64,000 nucleotides of DNA from NCBI GenBank assembly GCA_951406725.2, contig OX597835.1, positions 43,090,001 through 43,154,000 of the forward strand. The letters run 5' to 3'. Both the position numbers and the translations under genes were made by a program. Source of the DNA: Octopus vulgaris (taxonomy: Eukaryota). The notes beneath the pieces are model-generated. The model was not told the DNA's origin and made no database searches. It was given only the letters and a program-made list of their open reading frames with translations. How positions within the stretch are numbered: position 1 is the first letter of the stretch; every line of letters begins with the position of its first letter. Below are positions 40,199-53,332 of this stretch, in pieces.

Positions 40199-40665
40199 AG
40201 ATATATAGATATAGATAGATAGATACAAACATATATACATACATATATATGTGTGTGTGTCTGTATGTATTTTATATATGTATACACACACATATACATG
40301 TATATATATATATTTATGTATATATATGTATATATATATATATAAGTATATGTATATATGTGTGAGTGTGTGTGTATACACAAATATACAAATACACACA
40401 CACACACACATATGTTGTCAATGTTGTTATAATCACTGTCATTGCAGCTGCTGCTGCTGTTGTTGTTGTTATTGTTATCGCTGATGTTGTCATCATTGCT
40501 TTTATTGTTATTTTTTTTGTCCTCATTGCTGTTGTTATTGTCGTCGTTGTTATTGTCACGTGCATGTTTACGGAAAAAGAAACACACCTCCTTCAACCTC
40601 ACCATCTCTACTCCACCCTTAAATTCAAAAACAAAAATTTGGGTACCACAAAATCTGAACAGAAT

Positions 40666-41690
40666 CCACCACCACCACCACCACCACAACCACCACCACC
40701 ACTACCACCACCACCACCACTACCACCACCACCACCACCACAACTACCACCACCACCACCACCACTACCACCACCACCACCACTACCACCACCACCACCA
40801 CCACTACCACCACCACCACCACTACCACCACCACCACCACCACCACCACCACCACCACCACCACCACCACCACCACCACCACCACTACCACCACCACCAC
40901 CACTACCACCACCACCACCACAACTACCACCACCACCACCACCACCACCACCACTACCACCACCACCACCACCACCACCACCACCACCACCACCACCACC
41001 ACCACCACCACCACCACCACTACCACCACCACAACTACCACCACTACCACCACCACCACCACCACCACCACCACCACCACCACCACCACCACCACCACCA
41101 CCACTACCACCACCACCACCACCACCACCACCACCACCACCACCACCACCACCACCACCACCACTACCACCACCACCACCACCACTACCACCACCACTAC
41201 CACCACCACCACCACCACTACCACCACCACCACCTCCACCACCACCACCACCACCACCACCACCACCACCACCACCACACCACCACCACCACCACCACCA
41301 CTACCACCACCACCACCACCACCACCACCACCACCACCACCACCACCACCACCACCACCACCACCACCACCACCACCACCACCACCACCACCACCACCAC
41401 CAACACCAACACCACCACCACCACCACCACCACTACTACCACCACCACCACCACCACCACCACCACCACCACCACCACCACCACCACCACCACCACCACC
41501 ACTACTACCACCACCACCATCTCCACCACCACCACCACCACCACCACCACCACCACCACCACCACCACCACCACCACCACCACCACCACTACCACCACCA
41601 CCACCACCACCACCACCACTACCACCACCACCACCACCACCACCACCACCACCACCACCACCACCACCACCACCACCACCACCACCATCA
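40666..41690. repeat. About 1-kb (CCA)n trinucleotide array with CTA/CAA interruptions
   Basis: Direct reading. Confidence 0.98.
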
Positions 41691-42306
41691 ACAGTACCAC
41701 TGTCAACAGAATTGGTATTTAGTTTCCTTTCTCCCTGTTGACTCAGTATTAATTAAACACATCCTGGCACCGTCCCAGACTTTGGTGCCATTTTATTGGC
41801 TGTTTGCTTCGAGAGAATTGTATTGCCATAAGGAAATTTGAATAGAGGAGTGGAGGAACGATAAGAGATATTGGCCTATTTCTTAGCATCTAAACCTCAC
41901 CCTAACCCTTACACCAACCCATACATTTACCCCCATATTTACTTCCATCATAGCATGAAGTAGCGAGGGGGCGGTGTGTGTTTGTTGATTATGATTTTGG
42001 CTTCTTTTTATGGAACAAAAAAACAGACATCCATCATAACAACATGTGATCATAACAAACGTGATTGGAAGCATGGTGCTCCAGCATGGCCACAGGCATT
42101 GGACTGAAACATATAAAAGAATAAAACAAAAAAAGAATATATATATATATGCTAGATGTGGCTGTGTGGTAAGTAGCTTGCTTACCAAACACATGGTTCT
42201 GGGTTCAGTCCCATGGTGTGGAACCTTAGGCAAGTGTCTTCTACTATAGCCTCGGGTTGACCAAAGCTTTGTGAGTGGATTTGGTAGACGGAAACTGAAA
42301 GAAGCC

Positions 42307-42531
42307 AAGCTGGCAGAAATGTTAGCACGCCGGGTGAAATGCTTAGCGGTATTTCATCTGTCGTTACATTCTGAGTTCAAATTCTGCTGAGGTCGACTTT
42401 GCATTTCATCCTTCCGGGGTCAATAAATTAAGTACCAGCTTCGCACTGGGGTCGATGTAATCGACTTAATCCTTTTGTCTGTCCTTGTTTGTCTCCTCTA
42501 TCTTTAGCCCCTTGTGGGCAATAAAGAAATA
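42307..42531 (+). mobile_element. tRNA-derived SINE family 2 (Meta-like central domain), representative copy
   Basis: GCTGGCAGAAATGTTAG...GAGTTCAAATTC...CTTTGC(A/C)TTTCATCCTT..GGGGTC..TAAATTAAGTACCAG. Copies at about 4180-4630, 5183-5445, 7228-7450(-), 15001-15212(-), 33085-33295(+), 35945-36125(+), 54762-54960(-), 62866-63020(-). Confidence 0.8.
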
Positions 42532-43175
42532 AGAAACTGAAAGAAGCCCATCGTATATATATATATACTGTAAAAACTTGTGTAATTTACACAAGTGATT
42601 TTCAGGATAAAATTTGTTAAAAAGGGCTTTTTCTTGTAAAATTTGCACTCAAAAGTTTTCAGAATTGCCAATGTAGCCAGAGAAAAATGGTTTTCAATTT
42701 AGTTGAATTTAGCATAATTTCACTTACTTATGATTAGATTTTATTAAATTTTCATTAAATAAAAATATTTTCTGTTTAACAGGTATCGCATTGAAAGTTA
42801 TTACATTACAAAGTGTTTGTGTTGTTTATAATTAACTTTATTTTACATTTCTTGCCCACAAGAGATTATGTCCGATCTTTAGCATACTGCTGTAAGTATT
42901 CTCAAATTATTATCACAAGAAAAGTTGTTGACAAGATTTACCAACAAAACCAAAGCTGATAAATACGCACAGCTGTTGCAAATTAAGTTTAATTACCAAT
43001 AAACATCAGCTTGGATGACACTTTACTCAACCGACGGAGGAAGGTGACTGAACAAACTGATTATATAAACAGAATTCTTTTCCAGCTATTCTTTCAGGAA
43101 CTTTTGTTACAGAGTATATATGTATATATTAAAGTATATTTATTAATTAATTTATTTATTATTCTAGTTTATTTT

Positions 43176-43279
43176 TAACCTGATGAGTGGCTATATTTAT
43201 ATCGAAGTGATTTTTCTACTACTATAAATTTTTTTACTATAATCATTTCTTAAATATAGCCACAAAACACGTGTTGTTA
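43176..43279 (+). ncRNA. Decayed hammerhead ribozyme with long stem II (PLE-type tail about 43110-43532)
   Basis: taac-CTGATGA-gtggctatattta...taaatatagccac-AAAA(G>A)-CACGTG-TT-gtta. 13-bp stem II base and palindromic ACACGTGT; the changes are consistent with CpG decay. Confidence 0.6.
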
Positions 43280-43526
43280 TTCTACCAATTATATACTTTT
43301 TAATTATTTTTTTGCAATTTACTTAATCATTGGTATTTTATTATTTTAATATTTCTATTATATCTGATTTTCTAGATGGTGTAATTTAATTGTTCATTTT
43401 GAATTGATAAAAGGTTATTTTTTTCTAATTTTATATATATATATATATATTATATTGTGTGAAATTTGATTTAGTATTTCTAAATTGAATTTTTTCCCTG
43501 TTAGTCTGGATTAATATTCCCTCAAA

Positions 43527-43612
<86 letters not shown>

Positions 43613-43662
43613 CATACACATATATATATATATATGTATGTATGTATATACGTGTGTGTGTG

Positions 43663-43741
<79 letters not shown>

Positions 43742-44329
43742 AGAGTTATACATATAAATTTGACATGGGTGATTCTTTCTTGTCTTGGGATTCATGGACA
43801 AATGGCTGGGTGGAATTGCATGAAAAATTACACAGATGTGTAGAATAATCTGGTGGTGGTGCTGGGCTTTGTATTTTTCTCATAGCTCCCATGGTTACCG
43901 AGATAATCCGCTATAATAATACTTTTGTGTTTATGAATGAGAAAGGAAGGGGTGATAGATGAATAATGAAGAAAGGGGTGATGTCATACTTTTGATAGTG
44001 AGATGATGAAAATTGTACACTGAAAAAATAAATCAAACAGCGTTTCAACTCTGTGTGAATATATGTGTGTGTATGTAAAAGGAAGGTATGTGAATGTGTG
44101 TGTGTGTGCGTGTGTGTGCACAACAGAAGTGGGATGGTTCATCATTGCTCGCTTAGTATTTGGGTTTATTTTTTGATTTGGTTGAATCTTTGTTTGTTTT
44201 GTTTCTATTTTTGTTGGTCAGTTATTTTTAGCATTTTGACAGGAAAAAGTCATTCTAAAATTGTTCTTTAACGTAAGCACGCCCAAACAAGTCGAACGCT
44301 TACACAGAGCAGGTTTTACAGCTACATCA

Positions 44330-44365
44330 TCCAAACTGACCAGGTGAAACCGGGCTTAGGTGCTA

Positions 44366-44366
<1 letters not shown>
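44330..44366 (+). mobile_element. Helitron-like 3' terminus
   Basis: Subterminal hairpin accaggtgaaaccggg, then about 9 nt, then CTAG|T. Confidence 0.5.
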
Positions 44367-44413
<47 letters not shown>

Positions 44414-44444
44414 TCCATTCCCTAATTTTGTATTTTTATTCACA

Positions 44445-45240
44445 TACAAAAAGACCGGATTTAGTCCTATGGAACAGAGACTGGAGTATAGGAATTTTAC
44501 TAGAACTGACAGTACCTTGGGAAGAGAACATCAGCAATGCAGAGGAATGAAAGGAGAAGAGGTACGAAAAGCTAATCAAAGAATGCAGAGAACGGGGATG
44601 GAATGTCGAATATTTTCACCTGGCATTGGGGGCTAGAGGCTTCATTGAAAGGAAAATGACAACACTTTTCAAAAGAAGATTTGTTTTTTCTAGACCCAAA
44701 CTGCGTAAACTAATAAGGAGAGTACAGGAGGCGGTTCAAAATGCCAGCTTCTATATATGGCAGAAGTGGGAGGACTGAAAATGGCTTGAAAGTCATAACA
44801 TGCTGGTGAGAAATAACATCACTAGGTGAGACAAGCTGACTGAATCAGCTTCGCTGACTGACAGGTGACAGTCGTTTAGAGAATGTGCGATCTAAAACTA
44901 TGCACCTTCACTAGTCAGTTAAGGTAAGACAGTGTCACGTGACAACTTACTGGGGCTGCCTGCTGGAGCCTAGTGACAGGTATTTACAGGGAAAAATTTG
45001 ACAAGTCAGTCAGTCACTGGCTGACACTTGCTGACGGTACATCGAAGAGGCCAGGGAACAGAAGAAAAAAGACATGCACCCAACACCAGAGCTGAAGACA
45101 CCTCCGAAAGGGGGGCCCCGCCACGTCAAAACGGTAGAGGAGTAGGGGCCGAAACCAGATGTGACTCCTCCTGATGATGTCTTGAGCTAACTGGATCCTA
45201 TAAAGGAGCTGTTGTAGAAGCAGACCACGAAACACGGTTG
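44445..45240 (+). mobile_element. HERO-like RLE non-LTR retrotransposon 3' fragment with 3' UTR
   Basis: RPDLVLWN...ILLELTVPWEENI..AEE*KEKRYEKLIKECRERGW...LALGARGFI; ELTVPWE and GxRGF motifs. Confidence 0.75.
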
Positions 45241-45676
45241 TAATTCCTCAGCAAACCCTGCTGTTAACCGTAAGCTATAAAATAATTTTTTCAGCTTATC
45301 AAACTTTGATATGGAGAATATTTACATCCTTCTATGCTAATAAACCACTATTGTTCCCGAAAATAGCTTTTTATACCTTCTACAGACTGTTTGAAGCTTA
45401 CTAACTTCCTACACCTTGATCCTTGAGTCTTACCTTTACACACATATATGTATGTATGTATGTATGTATGTGTGTGTGTATGTATGAGTAGGTGTAGGCA
45501 TGGCTATATGGTAAGAAGCTTGTTTCCCAACCATGTGGTCTTGGGTTTAGCCCCACTGTGTGGCACCTTGAATATGCAGTACCCAGTTACAGCCTCAGGC
45601 TGCCCAAAGCCTTGTGTATGGATTAGGTACACAGAAACTGAAAAAAGATGCTTGCGTGTGTGTGTATATACATACA

Positions 45677-45757
<81 letters not shown>

Positions 45758-45763
<6 letters not shown>

Positions 45764-46691
45764 TATATAGAAGGAGCTTCTACAGGACTAGTACTGTTTC
45801 ATTCAAGAGAAATCTTCAGGAAGCTATTTAACAAGAATTGTATTAGCATTTATACATTTAGGCAGGTTTAAAGGAGTGGTGGTGGGGGACTTTTTGGGGG
45901 TAGGCATAGCGCAAAATATCATACTTGGGGGAGTGGTCAAGGAGTCAGTGGTAAGTTAGATGAAAGAATAGATAAATAAAAAAATAAAAAAATAAAAAAT
46001 AAAAAAATAAAATAAAATAATAAAAAAATAAAAAAATAAAAAATATAAAAAATATATATAAAAAATATATATATAAAATATATATATAAAAAAATATATA
46101 TATAAAAAAAGGGGGATAGAGTTATAGGTAAATAAGGAGATTCTCACTTATACCTATACACACATGTATACGTATCTACACACACATACATACATACACA
46201 TATATATACACACACATATATATATATATATATACATACCTACACATACACACATACATGCATACAAATATACATATACATATATATATATATACAATCC
46301 AATACAGGCCCATTCCCTAATTTTAATTTTATTATCTTCATTTATTACTTTTGTTATCTTTGATCGCTAGGGCTAAGAATCCTGGCAATGGCTGCATGTC
46401 CATTTGTCTGTCTACTAGAAGGCAAGTACTCATTCCCGCACGCACACTCATTAGCACGTACATTCACCCATTCGTACACTCATACACATACACGTACGCA
46501 CGCGTTATATTCATACATACAAACATCTACATACGTTCACGTATATACACATACGTACTCGTACCTACAGATTCGTGTCTACACTTTAGGAGGCTAGTCT
46601 ATACATATACACCAATAAATATACATATATATATATATACCCGCATATACATACACACACACACATATATACTCCTACATACAGATACATA

Positions 46692-46741
<50 letters not shown>

Positions 46742-47245
46742 CATACACATACACACATACATATACACACACATACATACACATATATATACATACACAA
46801 ACATATATACACACACATATATATACACATATATATACATACACACATACACACATACATACGTATACATACATACATACATCCATACATCCATACTTAC
46901 ATGCATTTATACGCATACACACACCCATCTATATATATGTATATATATATATATATATATATACACACTCACACATACATATACAAATCTACGCACACAC
47001 ATACATACATACACGTATACGCATACACGCACATACACATATACATGCGTACCCATACACGTGCACACACGCACGCGCATCCATATATATACACACACAC
47101 ACATATATATACACGTGTGCAAGCATACATACATACTCATACGCGCACACATACTTACAAATACATATATGCACACACTTACACACATATATATACATAC
47201 ACATATACATGCATACATACATATATGCATACATACACACACGCA

Positions 47246-47293
<48 letters not shown>

Positions 47294-47358
47294 TATATAC
47301 ATATATAGACATATATACACATACATACACATACACATACATACACACATATATACAC

Positions 47359-47393
<35 letters not shown>

Positions 47394-47613
47394 TACATAT
47401 ATACACATATACATACATATACATACACACACACATACATATATACATATACACTGATACACATACCCATACATACACATGCATATACTTATATCACTAC
47501 ATACTCACATATATAAACATATATAAACATATATACATATACACACATACATATATACATGTACATACACATACGCATGCATATATATATATATACATAT
47601 ATATACACATATA
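45758..47613 (-). repeat. Inverted copy of the PLE 3' region (matches about 51166-53022)
   Basis: Near-identical reverse complement including microsatellite interiors; also visible as mirrored ORFs 46351-47457(+) and 51311-52417(-). Confidence 0.95.
45775..45825 (-). ncRNA. Type I hammerhead ribozyme (family A), inverted pLTR
   Basis: Reverse-complement copy of the same motif. Confidence 0.82.
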
Positions 47614-47991
47614 TTTTTATATATATTTTTTATATTTTTTATTTTTTTATTTTTTTATTATTTTATTTTATTTTTTTATTTTTTATTTTTTTATTTTTTT
47701 ATTTATCTATTCTTTCATCTAACTTACCACTGACTCCTTGACCACTCCCCCAAGTATGATATTTTGCGCTATGCCTACCCCCAAAAGTCCCCCACCACCA
47801 CTCCTTTAAACCTGCCTAAATGTATAAATGCTAATACAATTCTTGTTAAATAGCTTCCTGAAGATTTCTCTTGAATGAAACAGTACTAGTCCTGTAGAAG
47901 CTCCTTCTATATAATAAATTAATTTTACTCTGCTATGTATTGAGTACCTTACTTACTGTGGTTAACCCCGAATCAACCCGGGACCTACATA
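47612..47991 (+). repeat. 5' pseudo-LTR (direct repeat of about 52720-53093)
   Basis: Identical block ctattctttcatctaacttacc...cccgggacctacatat occurs before the ORF and at the element 3' end. Confidence 0.95.
47852..47902 (+). ncRNA. Type I hammerhead ribozyme (family A), 5' pLTR
   Basis: agcttc-CTGAAGA-tttctcttgaat-GAAA-CAGtactagtcCTG-TA^gaagct. 6-bp stem I, 4-bp stem III with palindromic ACTAGT loop, GUA cleavage triplet (after 47896). Confidence 0.85.
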
Positions 47992-48033
47992 TCTTAGCAC
48001 ACCCTAGTGCCCTTATAACCATCACCAAGAAAA

Positions 48034-50174
48034 ATGCTGACAAGAATCGACCTCGACACTTCCCTGAAGAACATTACTATCCCACCAAGGAAACAGTACC
48101 AAAAAGCCCTCATTAGACGGACTGATGAGTTCATCAAAAGAATTCGATGGAGATCTTTCTTCTTCGACAACCCTGATGTAGCATCTACCAGTAATGATAA
48201 GTACGGCTTCAAATCAAATAAGGCCCCTCCTACCAACAGCCTACTTGAACCGTTTGAAGAAGACCTCTTCCTCATGATAAAAAACATCAAATTCAGGAGA
48301 GTCAACTTACCTTTCCAAACGGAACTGAATGCGAAGCTTTCGAAAATGAAAAGCTCCCAGAACCTCCATGTCCCTTCGGACAAGACAAAAAATATTTACG
48401 CGGTGACTCCGGATACCTATAATAGACTAGCCGATAACGCCATCACAGCTAAATACAAGAAAGTAGACGACGTAGCGCTAACTGAAACCAACTTGGCCGG
48501 GAAAGAGATTGCCACCTCCCTTAAAATCGACGACCGAACAGAACCCCTGAGGGTGAAGTCCCCACACTTCACCCTGAAAGACCACAAAGACCATTTCGAA
48601 AATAAACCGTCGGTCCGTTTGATTAACCCAACCAAGTCTGACATCGGATCCGTCAGCAAGAAGATCTTGGACAGGATTTTACCAAAAATGCGTGAAGCTT
48701 CACCCCTTCCACTCTGGAATAGGACCTCCGAGGCAATAACTTGGTTCCGGGATTTACCAGATAAAAGCAACACCCGATTCCTACAACTGGATATCGAGGA
48801 TTACTACGCCTCTATATCGGAGAGCTTGCTGATCGATGCGATTAACTTCGCCAGGAGGTCCTCCACCATCACCGAGGCCGAGCAAGATGTGATCCTCCAC
48901 GCACGTAAGACTTTTCTTTTCTATGACGGATCCCACTGGATCAACAAAAAATCTGTGACCCCCTTCGACGTCAGCATGGGTGCTAACGACTCTGCTGAAA
49001 TAAGTGACCTAGTGGGCCTTTTCATCCTCCATAGGCTGAAAACCCTATTCACAGGCCTCTCCGGTGGTCTTTACCGAGATGACGGCCTTTTCGCCCTCCA
49101 CAATATAAACCCCAGGACCACGGATGGGTTCCGGAAAAATCTTCACACCTTCTTTAAAAACTTAGGCCTTAGGATTACCCTAGAATCCAACTTAACTAAG
49201 GCTAACTTCCTAGATGTCACCCTCGACTTAAAAACCTCACTTTATTACCCGTACCACAAACCAAATGAATCCCTTAGATATATAGATATCAATTCCAACC
49301 ACCCCAGAAATATATTAGATAACCTAGTAAAAAGTGTCTCAATTAGAATCTCTAGCCTGTCCGCCACGGAAGATATCTTTAAGGCCGCAGCCCCCTATTA
49401 CAACGAGGCCCTGGCCCGCAGTGGTTTTAAAGATAAGATTACCTACACTAGTATAGCCCCACGCCAACCCAGGAAAAATAGACGAAGACACATAAGCTGG
49501 TACAACCCCCCTTCAACCGTGAGGTCGCTACACCTGTAGCTAAGATCTTTTTCACTCTCCTACAGAAACACTTCCCCACCCAACATAAGTACTACACTAT
49601 CCTAAATAAGAACACTATTAGACTCTCCTACTCTACCACGCCCAACCTAGCCAGGAACCTAGCCAACAACAATGTGAAAAAACTTAACATATCTACTTTC
49701 TCCGGGGCCCATCCAACGTCCGATAGCAATTGCAACTGCCATGATAAAACCACCTGCCCCCTCAACAACAACTGCCTACAGAGGGACCTAGTATATAAAT
49801 GCGAGGTAAGATCAGGCCTTGACGATAAAAGTAAATCCTACATTGGAATGACGTCAAACAGCTTTAAGACCCGCTGGTATGCACATACACACTCGTTCCG
49901 GCGACAGGATAAATCCAACCAAACTACCCTCGCCGCCCACATCTGGTACCTTAAAAGGAACTCAATCCCCTTCAAGACCAAGTGGAAACTACTACAGAAG
50001 GCGCGCTCGTACACAGGAGGACATACCTGCTGTGACCTATGCATATCAGAGAGCCTAGAGATCTTGTTCGCCAAAGGCCCTCTCCTTAACAAATTTTCAG
50101 AACACTCCCCAAATTGCATGCATAAGAAGTATGCGAACTACAAGAACTATAGACCTACCCGGCAACCTGATTGA
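48034..50174 (+). CDS. PLE reverse transcriptase-GIY-YIG endonuclease polyprotein (about 713 aa) with a single frameshift at about 49506-49511
   Basis: RT motifs SDKTKNIY, RLINPTKS, LQLDIEDYY, FDVSMGA, GLYRDDGL, NFLDVTLDL, YHKPNE. Adding one C to the C6 run restores WYNPPFNREV...KHFP...NTIRLSYS and joins the 49674-50174 ORF: CNCHDKTTCPL..CL..DLVYKCEV...SYIGMTS..FKTRW..H...IWYLK...KWK...CDLCISE. Confidence 0.9.
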
Positions 50175-50421
50175 TGACAACCCCCCTACAACCCCCCTAC
50201 AACCCCCCTACAACCCCCCCAACCCCACTGTTCCCCTAGCACCCCCGATTACCTTTTCTCCTAAGACCTTTCACATATTATATGTGCACGCTTGTATATG
50301 TGTATCGTATGTATGTATGTATATATGTATAGAAATGCATGGGTACAGTAGGAATATACGCATGTATTATGTGTGTGTGTGTGTATGTATGCATGTAAAA
50401 AAATATATATGTATATATATT

Positions 50422-50466
<45 letters not shown>

Positions 50467-50841
50467 GCTTGTATGTGTGTGTGTGTGTATATGTGTATAT
50501 GTGTTTGTATGTATATGTGTATATATGTATATGCATATGTATGTGTAAATGTATGTGCTTATGTATGTGTATGTATGTATAAAATATTATATAATTAGGG
50601 CTTAGGAAAATAAAATAAATTACTTTGCCACATACTAAACTTTCTAGAAATAGCAGCCAATAAAGTTTTTTAGCCTCTTCCACTACTTAGAGAATTTTTT
50701 TCCCTCTAACATTGTTTACTCAAAATAATAATGGTCCCTTTACATACTGAACACTTGATGTAATTGATTAATAACTAATTAACTTTACCCTCCCTTGTTG
50801 ATATATATATATACATATGTATATGTGTACATGTATGTATG

Positions 50842-50874
<33 letters not shown>

Positions 50875-51132
50875 ATGTGTGTATGTATGTATTTGTATAT
50901 GTGTGTGTGTATATGTATGTGTGCGCGTGTGTGTGTATGTATGTGTATGTATACTTGTATATGTATATGCATGAATGTATATATATGTGTGTGTATATGT
51001 GTATTATGTATGTATTTATATAGATATGTAGTTTATATATATATATGTATGTATATGCATCTGTCTGTGTGTGTGTATGTGTATATATGTGTATCATTTT
51101 TGCGTATGTATACATGTATATGTGTATATGTA

Positions 51133-51169
<37 letters not shown>

Positions 51170-51374
51170 GTGTATATATATGTATATATATATATATGCA
51201 TGCGTATGTGTATGTACATGTATATATGTATGTGTGTATATGTATATATGTTTATATATGTGAGTATGTAGTGATATAAGTATATGCATGTGTATGTATG
51301 GGTATGTGTATCAGTGTATATGTATATATGTATGTGTGTGTGTATGTATATGTATGTATATGTGTATATATGTA

Positions 51375-51411
<37 letters not shown>

Positions 51412-51476
51412 GTGTATATATGTGTGTATGTATGTGTATGTGTATGTATGTGTATATATGTCTATATATGTATATA

Positions 51477-51524
<48 letters not shown>

Positions 51525-52028
51525 TGCGTGTGTGTATGTATGCATATATGTATGTATGCATGTATATGTGTATGTATATATATGTGTGTAAGTGTGTGCA
51601 TATATGTATTTGTAAGTATGTGTGCGCGTATGAGTATGTATGTATGCTTGCACACGTGTATATATATGTGTGTGTGTGTATATATATGGATGCGCGTGCG
51701 TGTGTGCACGTGTATGGGTACGCATGTATATGTGTATGTGCGTGTATGCGTATACGTGTATGTATGTATGTGTGTGCGTAGATTTGTATATGTATGTGTG
51801 AGTGTGTATATATATATATATATATATATACATATATATAGATGGGTGTGTGTATGCGTATAAATGCATGTAAGTATGGATGTATGGATGTATGTATGTA
51901 TGTATACGTATGTATGTGTGTATGTGTGTATGTATATATATGTGTATATATATGTGTGTGTATATATGTTTGTGTATGTATATATATGTGTATGTATGTG
52001 TGTGTATATGTATGTGTGTATGTGTATG

Positions 52029-52076
<48 letters not shown>

Positions 52077-52529
52077 TATGTATCTGTATGTAGGAGTATA
52101 TATGTGTGTGTGTGTATGTATATGCGGGTATATATATATATATGTATATTTATTGGTGTATATGTATAGACTAGCCTCCTAAAGTGTAGACACGAATCTG
52201 TAGGTACGAGTACGTATGTGTATATACGTGAACGTATGTAGATGTTTGTATGTATGAATATAACGCGTGCGTACGTGTATGTGTATGAGTGTACGAATGG
52301 GTGAATGTACGTGCTAATGAGTGTGCGTGCGGGAATGAGTACTTGCCTTCTAGTAGACAGACAAATGGACATGCAGCCATTGCCAGGATTCTTAGCCCTA
52401 GCGATCAAAGATAACAAAAGTAATAAATGAAGATAATAAAATTAAAATTAGGGAATGGGCCTGTATTGGATTGTATATATATATATATGTATATGTATAT
52501 TTGTATGTATGTATGTGTGTATGTGTAGG

Positions 52530-52572
<43 letters not shown>

Positions 52573-52955
52573 ATATATATGTGTATGTATGTATGTGTGT
52601 GTAGATACGTATACATGTGTGTATAGGTATAAGTGAGAATCTCCTTATTTACCTATAACTCTATCCCCCCTTTTTTTATATATATATTTTTTTATATATA
52701 TATTTTATATATATATTTTTTTATATATATTTTTTATATTTTTTATTTTTTTATTTTTTTATTATTTTATTTTATTTTTTTATTTTTTATTTTTTTATTT
52801 TTTTATTTATCTATTCTTTCATCTAACTTACCACTGACTCCTTGACCACTCCCCCAAGTATGATATTTTGCGCTATGCCTACCCCCAAAAGTCCCCCACC
52901 ACCACTCCTTTAAACCTGCCTAAATGTATAAATGCTAATACAATTCTTGTTAAAT

Positions 52956-53006
52956 AGCTTCCTGAAGATTTCTCTTGAATGAAACAGTACTAGTCCTGTA
53001 GAAGCT
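52956..53006 (+). ncRNA. Type I hammerhead ribozyme (family A), 3' pLTR
   Basis: Identical to 47852-47902; predicted cleavage after 53000. Confidence 0.85.
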
Positions 53007-53089
53007 CCTTCTATATAATAAATTAATTTTACTCTGCTATGTATTGAGTACCTTACTTACTGTGGTTAACCCCGAATCAACCCGGGACC

Positions 53090-53145
<56 letters not shown>

Positions 53146-53332
53146 AATAAGAAAATTGAGGAATAAATTTAGTTTGTTCATCAACTTTTGGATATTATAA
53201 TGTTGGATTATTTATTCATTTAACAAAATGAGAACATCAATAGCGTACAAATATATCTTATAATTCAATACATATAAGATAAGAATACAAATTATAAAAA
53301 TCATAATATACATTAATGAAATCGTTAAAATC

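Larger units (their letters stand above)
45758..53092 (+). mobile_element. Near full-length Penelope-like retroelement (Hydra-clade-like), partial tandem with inverted 5' copy, inserted in (TA)n
   Basis: RT+GIY-YIG ORF 48034-50174. Direct pseudo-LTR 47612-47991 matches 52720-53093. The 1.85-kb inverted copy 45758-47613 is the reverse complement of about 51166-53022. (TA)n on both flanks and an HHR in each terminal repeat. Confidence 0.93.

Noticed and set aside
40366-41841. 491-aa poly-Pro/His and 426-aa poly-His/Thr ORFs (formin- or extensin-like look)
   Set aside because: Pure (CCA)n microsatellite open in several frames, with no flanking domain.
41890-41935. Telomere-like CCCTAA repeats
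   Set aside because: Only one or two exact units; too degenerate.
46351-47457. 368-aa ORF and its mirror at 51311-52417
   Set aside because: Low-complexity microsatellite mosaic within the PLE inverted repeat; the two copies change frame relative to each other.
48034-50174. Selenocysteine recoding as in some Naiad PLEs
   Set aside because: No in-frame TGA in the reconstructed ORF, and the endonuclease is C-terminal.
45758-53092. Interpretation as a DNA transposon with long TIRs or as an LTR retrotransposon
   Set aside because: No transposase, gag, integrase or PBS. RT+GIY-YIG with an asymmetric inverted/direct repeat is the PLE pattern.
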